Below, piece by piece: positions 39,785-51,985 of a DNA stretch of 64,000 nt. Position numbers and translations under genes: made by a program. Source of the stretch: an uncultured Planctomycetaceae bacterium (GTDB taxonomy: Bacteria > Planctomycetota > Planctomycetia > Planctomycetales > Planctomycetaceae); assembly GCA_963815195.1 (NCBI GenBank), contig CAWFGE010000021.1, positions 128,001-192,000 on the forward strand, in the 5' to 3' direction. Every line of letters begins with the position of its first letter. The first letter of the stretch is position 1. Under the pieces are notes generated by a model. It had not been told where the DNA came from and did no database searches. It was given only the letters and a program-made list of their open reading frames with translations.

Positions 39785-40231
39785 ATGATGAAACGATTGC
39801 GTGCGAATGCGATTCCAAGTTTCCCGCCTCCAGCCCCGGGCCGGTCGGGGTTGTTGATCGTGGAGATGATCGTCTCCCTAATTCTCCTGGGGGCGGTCGT
39901 GGCAATTGTGGTTCCCACGTTGGGTTGGATGAGCCGGCAGAATCGGCTGTCGGTTCAACGACAGGAAGCCGTCCAGGGCCTCCAGAATCTGATGGAGGAT
40001 CTGACGGCCCGGCCCTATGCGGAACTCACGCCGGCATCGGCCAAAAAAATCGAACTCCCGGCCGCGCTCCGCGAGCAACTGCCCGGCGCGGAATTGCAGG
40101 TGGAGATTACAAATGCCCCGCCGAACGCGAAGCGGATTCGACTCCGGCTGTCGTGGAATCAGCAAAACGGCTCGCGTTTGGCACCATTAAGGCTCTCGGC
40201 CTGGGCTTACGCGCGGGAGGGCGAACGATGA
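39785..40231 (+). CDS. Minor pseudopilin (PilV/GspI-like)
   Basis: Class III signal RSG|LLIVEMIVSLILLG with Glu at +5. Confidence 0.7.
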   Translation: MMKRLRANAIPSFPPPAPGRSGLLIVEMIVSLILLGAVVAIVVPTLGWMSRQNRLSVQRQEAVQGLQNLMEDLTARPYAELTPASAKKIELPAALREQLPGAELQVEITNAPPNAKRIRLRLSWNQQNGSRLAPLRLSAWAYAREGER

Positions 40232-40806
40232 GGCGGATCCTTTCCCAACCATTGAAGAGACACCGCAACGGATCGTCGCTGGTCGAAGTCGTGATCGGCA
40301 TGTCCCTGGCGAGCATCGTGTTGTCGCTCGGCGTCGGCATGCTGCATTTGCTGATGCGGTCGGAATCGGCGCTGTCCGATTCGCTCAACCGCTTCCAAGC
40401 CGGGTCCCAGCTTTCGCGGCAGTTTCGCAGCGACATCCACGCCGCGCGCTCGGCGGCCATCGAAGCCCCGGCCAGAGACGATCCCCAATCCCAGCCCGTG
40501 TTGAAGTTGCAGCTAGGCCCCGATCGCGAGGTGCGCTACGCCGCGGCAGACCACGCCGTAGAGCGCACCGAGACCCAAGGTGACAAGGTGTTGCAAAGCG
40601 TGCGGTTTCGATTTTCCAAAGGCACCGTGATCGAGTTTTCGCAAGCTGACCAAACTCCGCCGCGGGTGGCGATCGTCGTCAAAAGTCCCAGCCTGAAAAC
40701 CGCCCGTCTCCGGACGAGCGAACCGGTCGGCCGATTGCGGGAACTGAAGATCGAAGCCCGCTTGGGCCGCGATCATCGTTTTGAATCGAAAACCCCACCC
40801 CAGTGA
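40228..40806 (+). CDS. Minor pseudopilin (PilW/GspJ-like)
   Basis: ATGA-coupled start 40228; RNG|SSLVEVVIGMSLA; QFRSDIHAA helix. Confidence 0.7.
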   Translation: MRRILSQPLKRHRNGSSLVEVVIGMSLASIVLSLGVGMLHLLMRSESALSDSLNRFQAGSQLSRQFRSDIHAARSAAIEAPARDDPQSQPVLKLQLGPDREVRYAAADHAVERTETQGDKVLQSVRFRFSKGTVIEFSQADQTPPRVAIVVKSPSLKTARLRTSEPVGRLRELKIEARLGRDHRFESKTPPQ

Positions 40807-41282
40807 GTTCGCGGAACATGAAACGACTGATTCCCTCTAACGAAATCCGCCGATCCGGAGTGATCCTGGTGGTGGCGATGATTTGTTTGTTCCTGGCAAG
40901 CGCGCTGGTGGCGACGTTGCTCAAGATGACCGCGGCCCAGCGGCGGTTTGGGGAAATGGACGCCGCCGCACTCCAGGCGGACTGGCTGGCGGACTCGGCC
41001 CTCGACCGGGCCGCGGCTATGTTGGCTGAAAACTCAGATTACCCCGGCGAGACCTGGAGCGTTCCGGCGGAGGACTTGGACGGCAGGCATCCCGGCCGGG
41101 TGACAATCGAAGTCGTTCCCGTCAAAGCCGGCAGCCGGCACGAGCTGAAAGTCATCGCCCAATACCCCGCGGAAGGACGGCTGACCGCCCAGCGGACGAA
41201 GCGGATTTTCATTGCGGTTTCCTCTTCGGTCAATAGATCCGCGAACGAAGCTCCGGCCAAAGCGGAAAAGCCCGATCGTTGA
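40803..41282 (+). CDS. Minor pseudopilin (PilX/GspK-like, lacks Glu5)
   Basis: RSG|VILVVAMICLFLAS; LQADWLADSALDRA; GTGA overlap with the previous gene. Confidence 0.68.
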   Translation: MSSRNMKRLIPSNEIRRSGVILVVAMICLFLASALVATLLKMTAAQRRFGEMDAAALQADWLADSALDRAAAMLAENSDYPGETWSVPAEDLDGRHPGRVTIEVVPVKAGSRHELKVIAQYPAEGRLTAQRTKRIFIAVSSSVNRSANEAPAKAEKPDR

Positions 41283-41467
41283 ACCAACCCGGAAACCACA
41301 CATGGAAACAACAAAATCATGCGGCACAAAATCATGTGGGCAATCGGAGTCGGTTCCATGAGGCTTCAGATGATTCTGTGACGATGATTTTGGAATGGAT
41401 GTTTTGACAAATCCCCCGAATTAAGCCTTTGAGTACAACAGAAATCTCTCTGAGAAGGAGTCAACCC

Positions 41468-42334
41468 GTGCTTGCAACGACCGACACTCGGCCCGCCCCC
41501 CGGCGGGGTTTTACACTGATCGAATTGCTCGTGGTGATTGCGATCATCGCGATCTTGATCGCCCTCTTGTTGCCGGCGGTGCAACAGGCCCGCGAAGCCG
41601 CCCGCCGCACCCAGTGCAAGAACAATCTCGCCCAGGTGGGCCTCGCGCTTCTCAATTATTATTATTCGTATGAAACGCTGCCGCCGGGCACGGTCAATTC
41701 CGAAGGCCCGGTTCGCTGGGACGAGCAAGGCTACGACTTCAGTTGGACGGTGGCGATTTTGCCGTTCGTCGATCAATACCCGTTGTTTGAGCATTACAAT
41801 TTGAAGAAAGGCGTGTACGCTCCCGAGAACGCCGACGTCCGCAAGTCGCGGATCCCGGTTTACGAATGCCCGTCCTCGCCCAATACGGATGCCCAAACGC
41901 CCGGCGGAATGCCGGTCGCGCCATCGAGCTACGCCGGCTGTTATAACGACGCGGAGGCTCCGATCAACGTGGACCAAAGCGGGGTGTTGTTCTTAAACAG
42001 CAGCGTGCGGTTCGAGCAGATCCGCGATGGGAGCACGAACACCATTTTCGTCGGGGAAAAGCTCGATCAAAGGGTTTCCTTGGGCTGGGTCTCGGGCACG
42101 CACGAAACCCTGCGGAACACCGGTTCGTTCGAGTCGCCTTCCCGGAACTGGAACGCCCGCGAGGAGAATCCGCCCGCGGCCAATGAAGTCGGCGGGTTCG
42201 GCAGCTATCACGTCGGCGGGGCGCAATTCGCGTTGGGCGACGGCTCGGTCAGGTTTTTGAGCGTGAACATCGACCCAGAAGTCTTCAAACACCTCGGCAA
42301 CCGGGCCGACGGCGAATTGTTGGGAGACTTTTAA
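41468..42334 (+). CDS. DUF1559 prepilin-type protein ending the pilus-like cluster
   Basis: [64 protein letters not shown] 41468 follows GAAGGAG. Confidence 0.92.
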   Translation: MLATTDTRPAPRRGFTLIELLVVIAIIAILIALLLPAVQQAREAARRTQCKNNLAQVGLALLNYYYSYETLPPGTVNSEGPVRWDEQGYDFSWTVAILPFVDQYPLFEHYNLKKGVYAPENADVRKSRIPVYECPSSPNTDAQTPGGMPVAPSSYAGCYNDAEAPINVDQSGVLFLNSSVRFEQIRDGSTNTIFVGEKLDQRVSLGWVSGTHETLRNTGSFESPSRNWNAREENPPAANEVGGFGSYHVGGAQFALGDGSVRFLSVNIDPEVFKHLGNRADGELLGDF

Positions 42335-42374
42335 GCAGCCGGTGCGGCTGATGAATCGTTTCCAACACACACGT

Positions 42375-45300
42375 TTATTTGTCTGTCGCTTTGATGCGGT
42401 TATCCAGGCTTTCAATCAGGCGAATCAGATTCGTAATTTCCTGATCCACGGCGGTCCGGGCTTGTTCGGCAAGGTCGGCGTTGATGTTGGGATTCAAGAA
42501 CATTTCCGCGATCAAGCCCAGCACGTAAGCCACGTTGCCCAGGTCGTGCTTGAACTGCCGCAAGTCGAACTCGGGGGATACCGGCGGCTGGGCGACATTG
42601 GCGGCGGGCGGTTCGGGTGTCGCCGGTTGGGTCCGGGAAACGGGCGCGGTCCGGGGCCGGACGGTGTTCAATTTGGGATGAGCCAGCACGCTTTGCACCT
42701 GGTCGATCGACGGGGGCTTCACCAGATGCTCGTCGATTCCCGCTTCCTTCGATTTCCGGCGATCTTCCCGTTGGCCGTACCCCGTGAGAGCGACGAGCAG
42801 CACATCATCGTAGGCGGCGTCTTTCCGAACTTCCTTGGCGACTTCGTAGCCATCCAGCCCGGGCAGCCCGATATCCAGAAGCACCAGGTCCGGATGCATC
42901 TCCCGGATGATGGTCAAAGCCGCGTGGCCGTCGTGGGCGATCTCGACGTCGTGATCGCCGAGCTTCATCACCAGCTTGGACAGCATCCGCGCGGCTCCGA
43001 CGTTGTCATCGACCACGACCACCCGGCGGGGGACGGTGGCCAAAGGCGGCTCGTCTTTCGTTTCGGGATTGGCGGTCCTTTTCGTCAAAGGCAACTCGAC
43101 GCGGAAGAGGCTGCCCCGGCCCGTGCCTTCGCTCTCGGCCGTGATGCTTCCGCCGTGAAATTCGACCAGGCTTTTCACGAGCGTCAACCCGATGCCCAGC
43201 CCGCCTTGGGCCCGGTCGAGCGAGCGGGACGACTGCGTGAACAGGTCGAACACGTGGGGCAATAGCTCCGGCTCGATGCCCACGCCCGTGTCCCGCACGC
43301 ACACCTGAACCTGCCCGTTTTGCGGCAGGGCGGTCAGTTCGATCCGGCCCTTGCTCTCCGTGTATTTCGACGCATTGTTCAAAAGGTTTTCAAAGACCTG
43401 CACGATCCGCACCGGATCGGCATTGAGCCACAACGGTTCCTCCGGCAGGGAGACCACCAGTTCCTGGTTCAGCCCTTCGATCATCGGCTGCACCGTGGCC
43501 ACCGAACGATGGACGAGCGTGGCGAGGTCGACCGGCTCTTTTTTGAGTTCGATCCGCCCCCGCATGATGCGGGACATGTCCAACAGGTCGTCCACCAGGC
43601 GAACGACGTGCTCGACCTGCTCCTGCATGAGCTCGATCGTGTCTGGATGCCCGGCCGACTCGTCCATCGCCAGGATGTCCAGGCCGCTGCGAATCGGCGC
43701 GAGCGGATTGCGAAGCTCGTGGGCCAGCATGGCCAGGAACTCGTCCTTGCGGCGGTCGGCGTCTTTGAGTTCCTGATACAACCGGGCGTTCTCGATCGCG
43801 ATCACCGCCCGGCGGGCGAGATCTTCCGCCAAGGACAAATCGTCGGTGTCGTACCGCCGGCCCGAATCGGAAAATACGAACGACAGCACGCCCAGAACCC
43901 GGTCCTTGCCGGCGAGCGGAACGCAGAGAAAGGATTGCAAATTGAGCTGCTGAAAGAGCCGGCGATGTGCCTCGTCGCGGGCCGTCTGTTTCAAGAGATC
44001 GGGATCGATATGTTCCGCCAGTTCCGGCTCGCCGGTGCGGAGGACCTTCATCACTCCCATCGGCGCATCGGGGCGGGGCGGATAGCGGCGGAACAGTTCC
44101 TCGGCCAGGTGGACCTCTTCGGGGTTTTCGTGGGCCACGGCCAACCGCTCCAAGGTGCCCTCGGCATTCAACATATCCACGGCGCACCAGTCGGCAAAAT
44201 CCGGCACGGCCAGATGGGCCACCGTTTGCAGCGTGCTTTTGTAATCCACCAGCGTCGAAAGCGACTTGCTGGCTTCGGCCAGAAACCGGAGCGAGTCTTC
44301 CATCCGTTTCCGCTTGGTGATGTCCCGGATGAAGCTGCGGGAATGGACAAACCGCCCTTCCTCCCAGAGGCCGTTCGAGTCGAGCAGAACGTGCTTGAAG
44401 GTCCCGTCTTTGCACCGCAGCCGGACTTCGCAATTGGACACGGGCTCGCCCGCGGTCAGGCGATCCAGGAGGTCTTGCATCCGGTCTTGATCGACGTGAA
44501 ACTCCGCGATGGAATGCCCGACGTATTCGTCCCGCGCATAGCCCAGCATGTCGAGTTCCGCCTGGTTCACCCGCAGGATGGTTCCGTCCGGCCCCAACCA
44601 ATGCAGGCCCACCGCCGCGTTGTCGAAAAAGTCGTTGAGCTCTTGCTCGCTGCGGCGGTGCTTTTGCTCGGTCTGCCGCCGTTCGATGAATTGCCCGATC
44701 TGAGCGCCCAATGTGGCCATCATCTCCAGCAGGTCTTCGTCGGGCTCTTGGATTTCGTGGCTGAAGAACTCAATCACTCCCAAGAACGCGTTGTCGATGG
44801 CGACGGGACACGCGAAGCCTCCGTGGAGGCCGCTCGCCTCGGCTTCGGCGGCGCGAAGAAACTTCGGATCGCACACGACGTCCGAGATCCAGTTCGGCGC
44901 ATTGCTGCTCCAGACCCGGCCCGGCAGGCTCATGCCCCGCGGGAAGACCGCGTGGAACGTGACCTCGCGAAACGCCTCCACCCGTTGCGCAGGGTTGTGC
45001 CAGAATTCCTCGCAACGGAGCGTGTTTTCCTCGTCGATCACGCGCCAAAAGCAGCCCACGTCCCATTCGAGCGCCGAGCACACCGCGGTCAAGATCTCGG
45101 CGAGCGCCGTTTCGATGCTGCGTTCCTGGGCCAGGATTTGCGTCACGGCCAGCCGCGCGTTCCGCCGCCGCTCGGTCGCCCACTGCGGCGAGACGTCGCG
45201 GTCGATGGCGGAGGCGCCACCACGTCCCCTTCGGCGTCGAGAATCGGGGAAATGTGGATCGACACCGGGATCCGCCGGCCGTCTTTGTGTTGCCGGAGGG

Positions 45301-46267
45301 TTTCGTAATCCTGGCCCATCCGCCCGTCTTCGATCCGAGCTAAAACGTCTTTGAGTTCCTGGTGGCGGTCGGGCGGCACGATGAGCGAAAAGATTGATTG
45401 GCCCACGGCGTGTTCCGTGGAGTATCCGAACAGCCGCTCGGCGCCGGCGTTCCAATCGGTGATGAGGCCCTCCAACGTCAGCCCGAGAATCGCGTCCTCG
45501 GACGAATTCACCAATGCCGCGAGCCGGCCGCTTTCCAGGTGCGCGGCCCGCTTGAGCGTCACGTCCCGGAACACGAGCACCACGCCGATGACGCGTCTGT
45601 TTTGATCACGGAGGGGCGCGGCGCTGTCGTCGATGGCCCGCTCGGTCCCGTCCCGGGCGATCAAAACCGTCTGGTTGGCCAGACCGACGATCTCTCCGTC
45701 CCGGATCGCTCGCAACGCCGGGTTCTCGACCGGTTGCCGGGTCTTCTCGTTGACAATCTGAAACACCGTTTCCAGCGGCTTTTTGTGAGCCTCCGCCAAC
45801 GTCCATCCTGTGAGGGCTTCCGCCACCGGGTTCAAAAACATCACCCGCCCCTCTTGATCGGCGACAATCACGCCGTCGCCGACGCTGGAAAGCGTGACCG
45901 AATATCGCTCCCATTCCCGCTGGATCTGCTCCGATTTTCGCCGGACAACCTTGCTGAAAAACGCCACTCCGACACCGAAAAACGTGAACAGCCCCAGAGC
46001 CATCCAGTCGGACGATTGCTGCGGAAAAAACGATCTCGACGGAGGCATGATGAAGAACATCGCGATCAGCGCGCACAACACGACCGTCAACAGCGTCGGA
46101 CGAAAGCCGGCCAAAAGCGCGGTGATAAACACCGCCGGGAAATACGTGACGAAAGGCACCTGACCGCCCACATAGGGTTCGAGCAGCCAGCGAACTCCCG
46201 TGGCCACCAATGTGACGACGACGGCCAGGCCATACCGATAGGCCGCGGCATTCAATTGACGATTCAC
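42375..46267 (-). CDS. Hybrid sensor histidine kinase (membrane input, PAS-PAS-GAF-PAS-GAF-HisKA-HATPase-REC); frameshift near 45200
   Basis: H-box EFLAMLAHELRNPL, NLLNNASKY, DTGVGI, GGLGIGL, receiver VVDDN...LLDIGLP...HLVKP. The N-terminal TM and PAS part is in ORF 45143..46417. Confidence 0.9.
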
Positions 46268-46666
46268 CAAACGACGCTCCGGGCAACCTGCAAGAAGAGG
46301 ACAGCCAGAAACCGGGCGGGATGAAATGCGTCCCGCCCCGTCACCACAAGACGCGAGACTTCCTCGAACCGCCGGATCAGCCCGCCCGGAGCTGTCCGCC
46401 GAACCGGAACCCACCACTCCTCCCCCACGCGATCATCCCGACCGTCCCGAATCCAGACCATCATGCCTGGATAACGATTCCGATTTTTGATTGTAGCGAA
46501 ATTCTAGGAGAGAGATGCGAACTTGCGAAGCGGAAGCCAACGATTTCCGGCATTTCTCCACCGAATTTCGGCCGCCCGCCTGAACGACGCGGAAAATCTC
46601 TGACCGCACACATTGCCAGTACGAAATTGCGCACGCCAAGACGCAAAAACCCAAGCCGACGCGGTG

Positions 46667-46910
46667 ATGCAGCACAAAGCAGAGACCCCCACCGGAAAAC
46701 AACGCTCCCTCGCCGTGAACGCGTTGCGACACGAGCACGAGGCGCGGAACAGGCGGGAGACGGTCCGGGAAATCTACAAACGTCTTGAAGCCCAGAGGCC
46801 AGACAACGCAAAGGCGATGGAACGACATGGCCTGGAAGCGGACAATCTTTCCCGACCCGCACGTTCGGAAAGCAAAGCTCGCGGCGGCACGCGCCGAAAG
46901 GGTCTAGGGT
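46667..46910 (+). CDS. Possible small basic/helical hypothetical protein; 3' end uncertain
   Basis: MQHKAETPTGKQRSLAVNALRHEHEARNRRETVREIYKRLE fills the gap between two minus-strand genes, but the ORF as called runs 216 bp into the convergent gene. Confidence 0.3.
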
Positions 46911-48472
46911 TCATTGGACGCCGGCTTGGGAAGGGCGAGCGGCGGGGGAGGCGTTTTTCCCTCAATGAATGCCAGAGCCGTGGCCATCTGATGGTCGTAC
47001 AATTTTTCCGTCTGGGTGGGTCCCTTCGGTCTGCGTCCCAATGCGGCCCCGCCTCCTTCGAGAATGGCTTTCAAATTGCCGACCGCCGAGTACATTTGAA
47101 ATTTCGGCCCCTCGCTTGAGGCGGCGGAATCCTTCAATTCGGCTTCCAAGGCGTCCAATTGCGGCATGACTTGTCTCTTGAAGCTGTCCACTTGCGAGGG
47201 GCCCGGGTTTTTGGCCTGAAGCTCTTTATAGGCACTGCCGATTTGGGAGATCTCGTCGAAATACGCCTGGCTCCCTTTGCCGAACGGCCAGGGCACATAT
47301 TTGACGATCAGCACCAGCAGCAGCACCACCATGACGCCCATCACCTTGGGGTTTTCCTTGAACTTTTCTCCAAGTCCGGAAAACCTTTCGCCCATCGACG
47401 GGCCTTGCACCTTGGCTTGGGCGGCGGGCTTCCTGTTGGCGGCCTGCTGCCGGGCGAGTTCCGCCATGCGGGCTTGATACGCGGCAGCCGGGTTCGGTTG
47501 CTCCACCGGCGTCGGAGCCGGTTCTTCCTCGGCTGCGGGCTTGGCCTCGACCGGTTTTTCCGGCTCCGAAGGAACTTCATCCGAGAGCCATTTTTGAAGA
47601 ACCTGCGGCTCGGACTCGGCCTTCGGCTTGGAAGCCGATCGCGATCTGGCGGACGGCCGAGATTCCGCGACGGCTTTGCCGGCGGGAACCGGCCTGGCCC
47701 GTCGGCTCGGCCGCGAGGGGGACGTTTTTCCCGCAGACTTTTGCGGACTGATGAGTGTCGCCTTTGACAACTCGAAATCGTCTTCGTTCGCGAAGGACTC
47801 GTCGGCCGGCGTGTATTCGAATCCCGGAAACAACCCGTCAATGGCGCGGGCGGGCCGCCACGGGGTTTCATTGACTCGGCGGACGTCATCGTCCAAACCG
47901 ACTTCGCCGTTCCGGGCCATCACGCGAAGTTCTGCCAAGGACATCGGGCCGAGTTGGTGACCCAACGTCTGACAGATCCACTGGTCCTCGTCTTCCGCTT
48001 CCGAAATCGGCGAGCCATAGGCGTCCGTGGGCCCCGACGATTTCGCGGCCGGAGCGTCGGCGATTTGAATGTCCAAATCATCCAAGCTGCCCAGCCGCGT
48101 TTCCGCTTCCTCGACAATCAGCGAGCCGTAGGCATCCACGCGGCCGGACGCTCTGGCGGCCGCCGTGGGAGCATCGGACACCTGAATGTCCAAGTCGTCC
48201 AGACTGCTCAGTTCGCGTTCCGCATCGCCGTCGGCCAGTTCGATATTGTGAAACTCCGAGTCGTCGATTTCCTCGACGGCTTCGCCATCCGCCGCGACCC
48301 GATGTTTGGGAAACAACTGCGGCACGGTGCGGGCCGCGACCCACTCCTTCCACTCCGCAGACCGCACCCGATCCTGCGGCGAAAGCTGGTTCTTCAGGGC
48401 CATTTCCTGCAATCGCTCAAACGAAACGGGCCCATGTTCCTCGCCAAACGCTTTGTAAAACCATTCATCCAT
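46904..48472 (-). CDS. Membrane protein with two GYF_2 (DUF4339)-like domains
   Basis: WFYKAFGEEHGPVSFERL...DRVR and WICQTLGHQLGPMSLAEL...DDDVR; TM VMGVMVVLLLVLIV. Confidence 0.78.
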   Translation of the reverse strand: MDEWFYKAFGEEHGPVSFERLQEMALKNQLSPQDRVRSAEWKEWVAARTVPQLFPKHRVAADGEAVEEIDDSEFHNIELADGDAERELSSLDDLDIQVSDAPTAAARASGRVDAYGSLIVEEAETRLGSLDDLDIQIADAPAAKSSGPTDAYGSPISEAEDEDQWICQTLGHQLGPMSLAELRVMARNGEVGLDDDVRRVNETPWRPARAIDGLFPGFEYTPADESFANEDDFELSKATLISPQKSAGKTSPSRPSRRARPVPAGKAVAESRPSARSRSASKPKAESEPQVLQKWLSDEVPSEPEKPVEAKPAAEEEPAPTPVEQPNPAAAYQARMAELARQQAANRKPAAQAKVQGPSMGERFSGLGEKFKENPKVMGVMVVLLLVLIVKYVPWPFGKGSQAYFDEISQIGSAYKELQAKNPGPSQVDSFKRQVMPQLDALEAELKDSAASSEGPKFQMYSAVGNLKAILEGGGAALGRRPKGPTQTEKLYDHQMATALAFIEGKTPPPPLALPKPASNEP

Positions 48473-48842
48473 AAGACCAAATCGCAAATCGAGAACTGTG
48501 ATTACGCGGCCGCCGACCCGGTGGCGGCCGAAGGTGGATCTGCCTCGCCGAAGACCAAAAAACGATTCGCCTGCGAGAACTCGGCGCACGCCGGTCTGGC
48601 AAGCATCTTCATTCAAATTCCGCCGGCCTTTGCGAGGAAGGATCACTGGGATTGTGTGGGTGTTAGATTAGGGCTGAAAATGTAACTGTTATGAAGAAGT
48701 TGTGAATAAATGAAGAATTCAATGGGCTGACGAGTGTGTGGGGCGTGATGACTTTTCGGAGTTGGGCTTGAACATGATGACCCCGGGGATCGATTTCAAT
48801 GCCCTGCGATCGGCTGGGGTGAGCGAGCGGAGATGCCACAAT

Positions 48843-48885
48843 GCAACGAAACCGGGCCATCGATGGATGACCCGGTTTCGCGGGG
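48843..48885 (-). terminator. Terminator-like hairpin; 43-bp exact direct repeat of 51878-51920
   Basis: GCAACGAAACCGGGCCATCGATGGATGACCCGGTTTCGCGGGG, 25 bp beyond the DUF1559 stop. Confidence 0.75.
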
Positions 48886-48910
48886 TTGAGGTCGAAGTTG
48901 TCAGCGCGAA

Positions 48911-49900
48911 TCAATGGACGTTCGCTGGAGTCTCCGCATTTTGAATGGTGGCGACATTCCGGTAGATGGCGAGGCTGATGTTGTCGGACACGAAGACCAC
49001 CGAGCCGTCGCACATGCAGAATTGCGCTCCGCCGACGTGCATGCTCATAAAGGAGTAGTTGTTGTTCCAGTCGCCAATGCACGCGCGGAGTCCCTGGTCT
49101 TTGGTCAAGCCGCTGGCGGCCCCGCAGCGGGGCGGTGCATTGAGGGGAATGCCGCAGGTGGCCGTGGACCCATTGGACCACCACCACCAGTTCCACCTCG
49201 AATAGGCGGGAACGGCCTCTCCAATGGCGAACGTGTTGGACGCTCCGTCGGTTATGTCGCGGAGACGGGTCGAGTAGGGGAAATTCCAGCCGCGGAAAAT
49301 CAAACCGTTGCCGCGATCGAGGCCGTGGCCTCGGTTATGATTCCAGCGATCGCGCGCCGAGATGCCTGATCGATTCTGCCATGTGCCCCACTCCCAATTG
49401 GCTCCGGCGCAGGCTTTGTAGCTGGTGACCGCCCTTGTCCCGCCTCCGTCGGACCGGCCGCCCATTGGATCGGGGGCGCTGGTGTCGGACGGACAGCGAT
49501 AGACTGGAAGGGGCTGCCGGGAGACCCACGAATTGCTGGGTTGTTTCGGCGAGTTGACGTTGCCGTTGCGCGGATCGTTCCCGTAGCCGTATTTGAAATT
49601 GATCATTTTAAATAGCGGGGCCTGATCAACATTCGGAAGAATGCACACCAGCCAGCTTGTACTTTTTCCGTTTCTGCCATTGGTTGGCTTGGCATAATTG
49701 ATGGGAAAATGGCTGAAGCTGTCGTGATAGTTGTGGATGGCGAGCCCCAACTGCTTGAGATTGTTTTTGCAGGTGCTGCGACGCGCCGCCTCCCGCGCCT
49801 GCTGAACCGCAGGCAGCAATAGAGCAATTAAAATGGCAATGATGGCAATGACCACCAAGAGTTCAATCAGCGTGAATCCCCGTCTACGGCGCTGGGTCAT
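48911..49900 (-). CDS. DUF1559 prepilin-type protein, paralogue 1
   Basis: [45 protein letters not shown]. Confidence 0.93.
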   Translation of the reverse strand: MTQRRRRGFTLIELLVVIAIIAILIALLLPAVQQAREAARRSTCKNNLKQLGLAIHNYHDSFSHFPINYAKPTNGRNGKSTSWLVCILPNVDQAPLFKMINFKYGYGNDPRNGNVNSPKQPSNSWVSRQPLPVYRCPSDTSAPDPMGGRSDGGGTRAVTSYKACAGANWEWGTWQNRSGISARDRWNHNRGHGLDRGNGLIFRGWNFPYSTRLRDITDGASNTFAIGEAVPAYSRWNWWWWSNGSTATCGIPLNAPPRCGAASGLTKDQGLRACIGDWNNNYSFMSMHVGGAQFCMCDGSVVFVSDNISLAIYRNVATIQNAETPANVH

Positions 49901-50036
49901 TTCGTCCCTCCTTCTGAGACTATGAAATGATGAAAAAAGCGGCCCGTCCCATAGAGAGATATGGGCTCAGGATTTTGATGGGAGATTGATTTGGGTGAGA
50001 CGTTTGAACTGAAGGATTACCAGACGGGTGTAGCCT

Positions 50037-50065
50037 GATTAGAACAAATGAGCCTGATATGTCAA
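50037..50065 (-). promoter_or_regulatory. Putative sigma70 promoter of DUF1559 paralogue 1
   Basis: Minus strand TTGACA-N16-TCTAAT with TGn extension; ATCAGGCT direct repeat overlaps it. Confidence 0.5.
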
Positions 50066-50122
50066 CTCTCTGGCGTAAGATTTTCTTCGATCGGCGGGCA
50101 GGGCGAATAAAGATTGATCCCC

Positions 50123-50160
50123 AAAAAAAGAAACCGGGGCATCCGAAGATGCCCCGGTTC
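50123..50160 (-). terminator. Intrinsic terminator related to the 43-bp repeat
   Basis: Minus strand GAACCGGGGCATC-TTCG-GATGCCCCGGTTTC-TTTTTTT. Confidence 0.85.
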
Positions 50161-50196
50161 GCGTGTCGGTCTTTGGCGAAATTGCCGCGGGCTATT

Positions 50197-50616
50197 CTAC
50201 TCCACGACGAAGACGACTTTTTCGTCTTGCTCGGGTTTGACCGTGACCGTCAGGCCTGACGTGTCCGGCGAGGCAAATCGGCCGTCCACTTCAGACTTGG
50301 CTCGCTCCTTTTCCAGAGCCGCGAGGGCTTCAGGCGATGTGTCCTCGGAGCTGGCCGAGCCGTTCGCAACGACGGCGACCTTGCACTCGCCGACCGGAAC
50401 GGTCGCGGTAAACTTTCCCGCGGCGTCCGTGTTGGCGACGGCGGAAGGTCCGGTTTCGGGGTAAAACACAACGGTCACATCCCCAATCGGTTTCCCGTTC
50501 ATCCGCTTGACTTCGCCGGTCAACGACGCCGTGGGAACTTCCTTTGCGCCGCTGGAACAGCCAGAGATCATCCCCGCGAAGACGAGCAGCAATATCAGCG
50601 TGGTTCGGGTCGGCAT
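50197..50616 (-). CDS. Small lipoprotein with a carboxypeptidase-regulatory-like fold, typical partner of DUF1559 genes
   Basis: Lipobox ISGC; GEV, GKPI, VVFYPETG, TDAAGKF, FASPDTSGLTVTV. Confidence 0.8.
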   Translation of the reverse strand: MPTRTTLILLLVFAGMISGCSSGAKEVPTASLTGEVKRMNGKPIGDVTVVFYPETGPSAVANTDAAGKFTATVPVGECKVAVVANGSASSEDTSPEALAALEKERAKSEVDGRFASPDTSGLTVTVKPEQDEKVVFVVE

Positions 50617-50674
50617 GAAATACACTCCCATCGTAAGTTCAAGTTCTGTTCTACTGATTAAAATCACGACGGAA

Positions 50675-51671
<997 letters not shown>

Positions 51672-51773
51672 GAGCTTCCTCCGACAGAAAAGGGATGAAA
51701 CACCCCCTGCCCGAATTAAGGAAATGAGGGCGGGGGAAAAACTCGGAAGAGAAAGTGAAGATAAGTTAATGTT

Positions 51774-51802
51774 GATTAGACCATAGTCGCATAAGAAGTC
51801 AA
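51774..51802 (-). promoter_or_regulatory. Putative sigma70 promoter of DUF1559 paralogue 2
   Basis: Minus strand TTGACT-N16-TCTAAT with TGn extension; same layout as the paralogue 1 promoter. Confidence 0.5.
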
Positions 51803-51877
51803 TTCACTGAGGAAAGAACCTCATAAACTTTTGAATCCTGTTTGGAGGCGGAACGGACTTCTTTCGCCCTTCGAAAC

Positions 51878-51920
51878 GCAACGAAACCGGGCCATCGATG
51901 GATGACCCGGTTTCGCGGGG
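51878..51920 (-). terminator. Terminator-like hairpin; 43-bp exact direct repeat of 48843-48885
   Basis: Identical 43-mer downstream of the DUF11 gene. Confidence 0.75.
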
Positions 51921-51985
51921 CTTGTCGGTCTGCGACGACCGGCGTTTCGAGGTGGGACTCTCGTTTCGAGAATCGTCCCCTCGGG

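Noticed and set aside
43320..45308. Long antisense and alternative-frame ORFs (also 2094..3482, 6943..8496, 54451..56196, 58497..60074)
   Set aside because: Shadow ORFs opposite well-supported genes, expected in high-GC DNA; no recognisable motifs.
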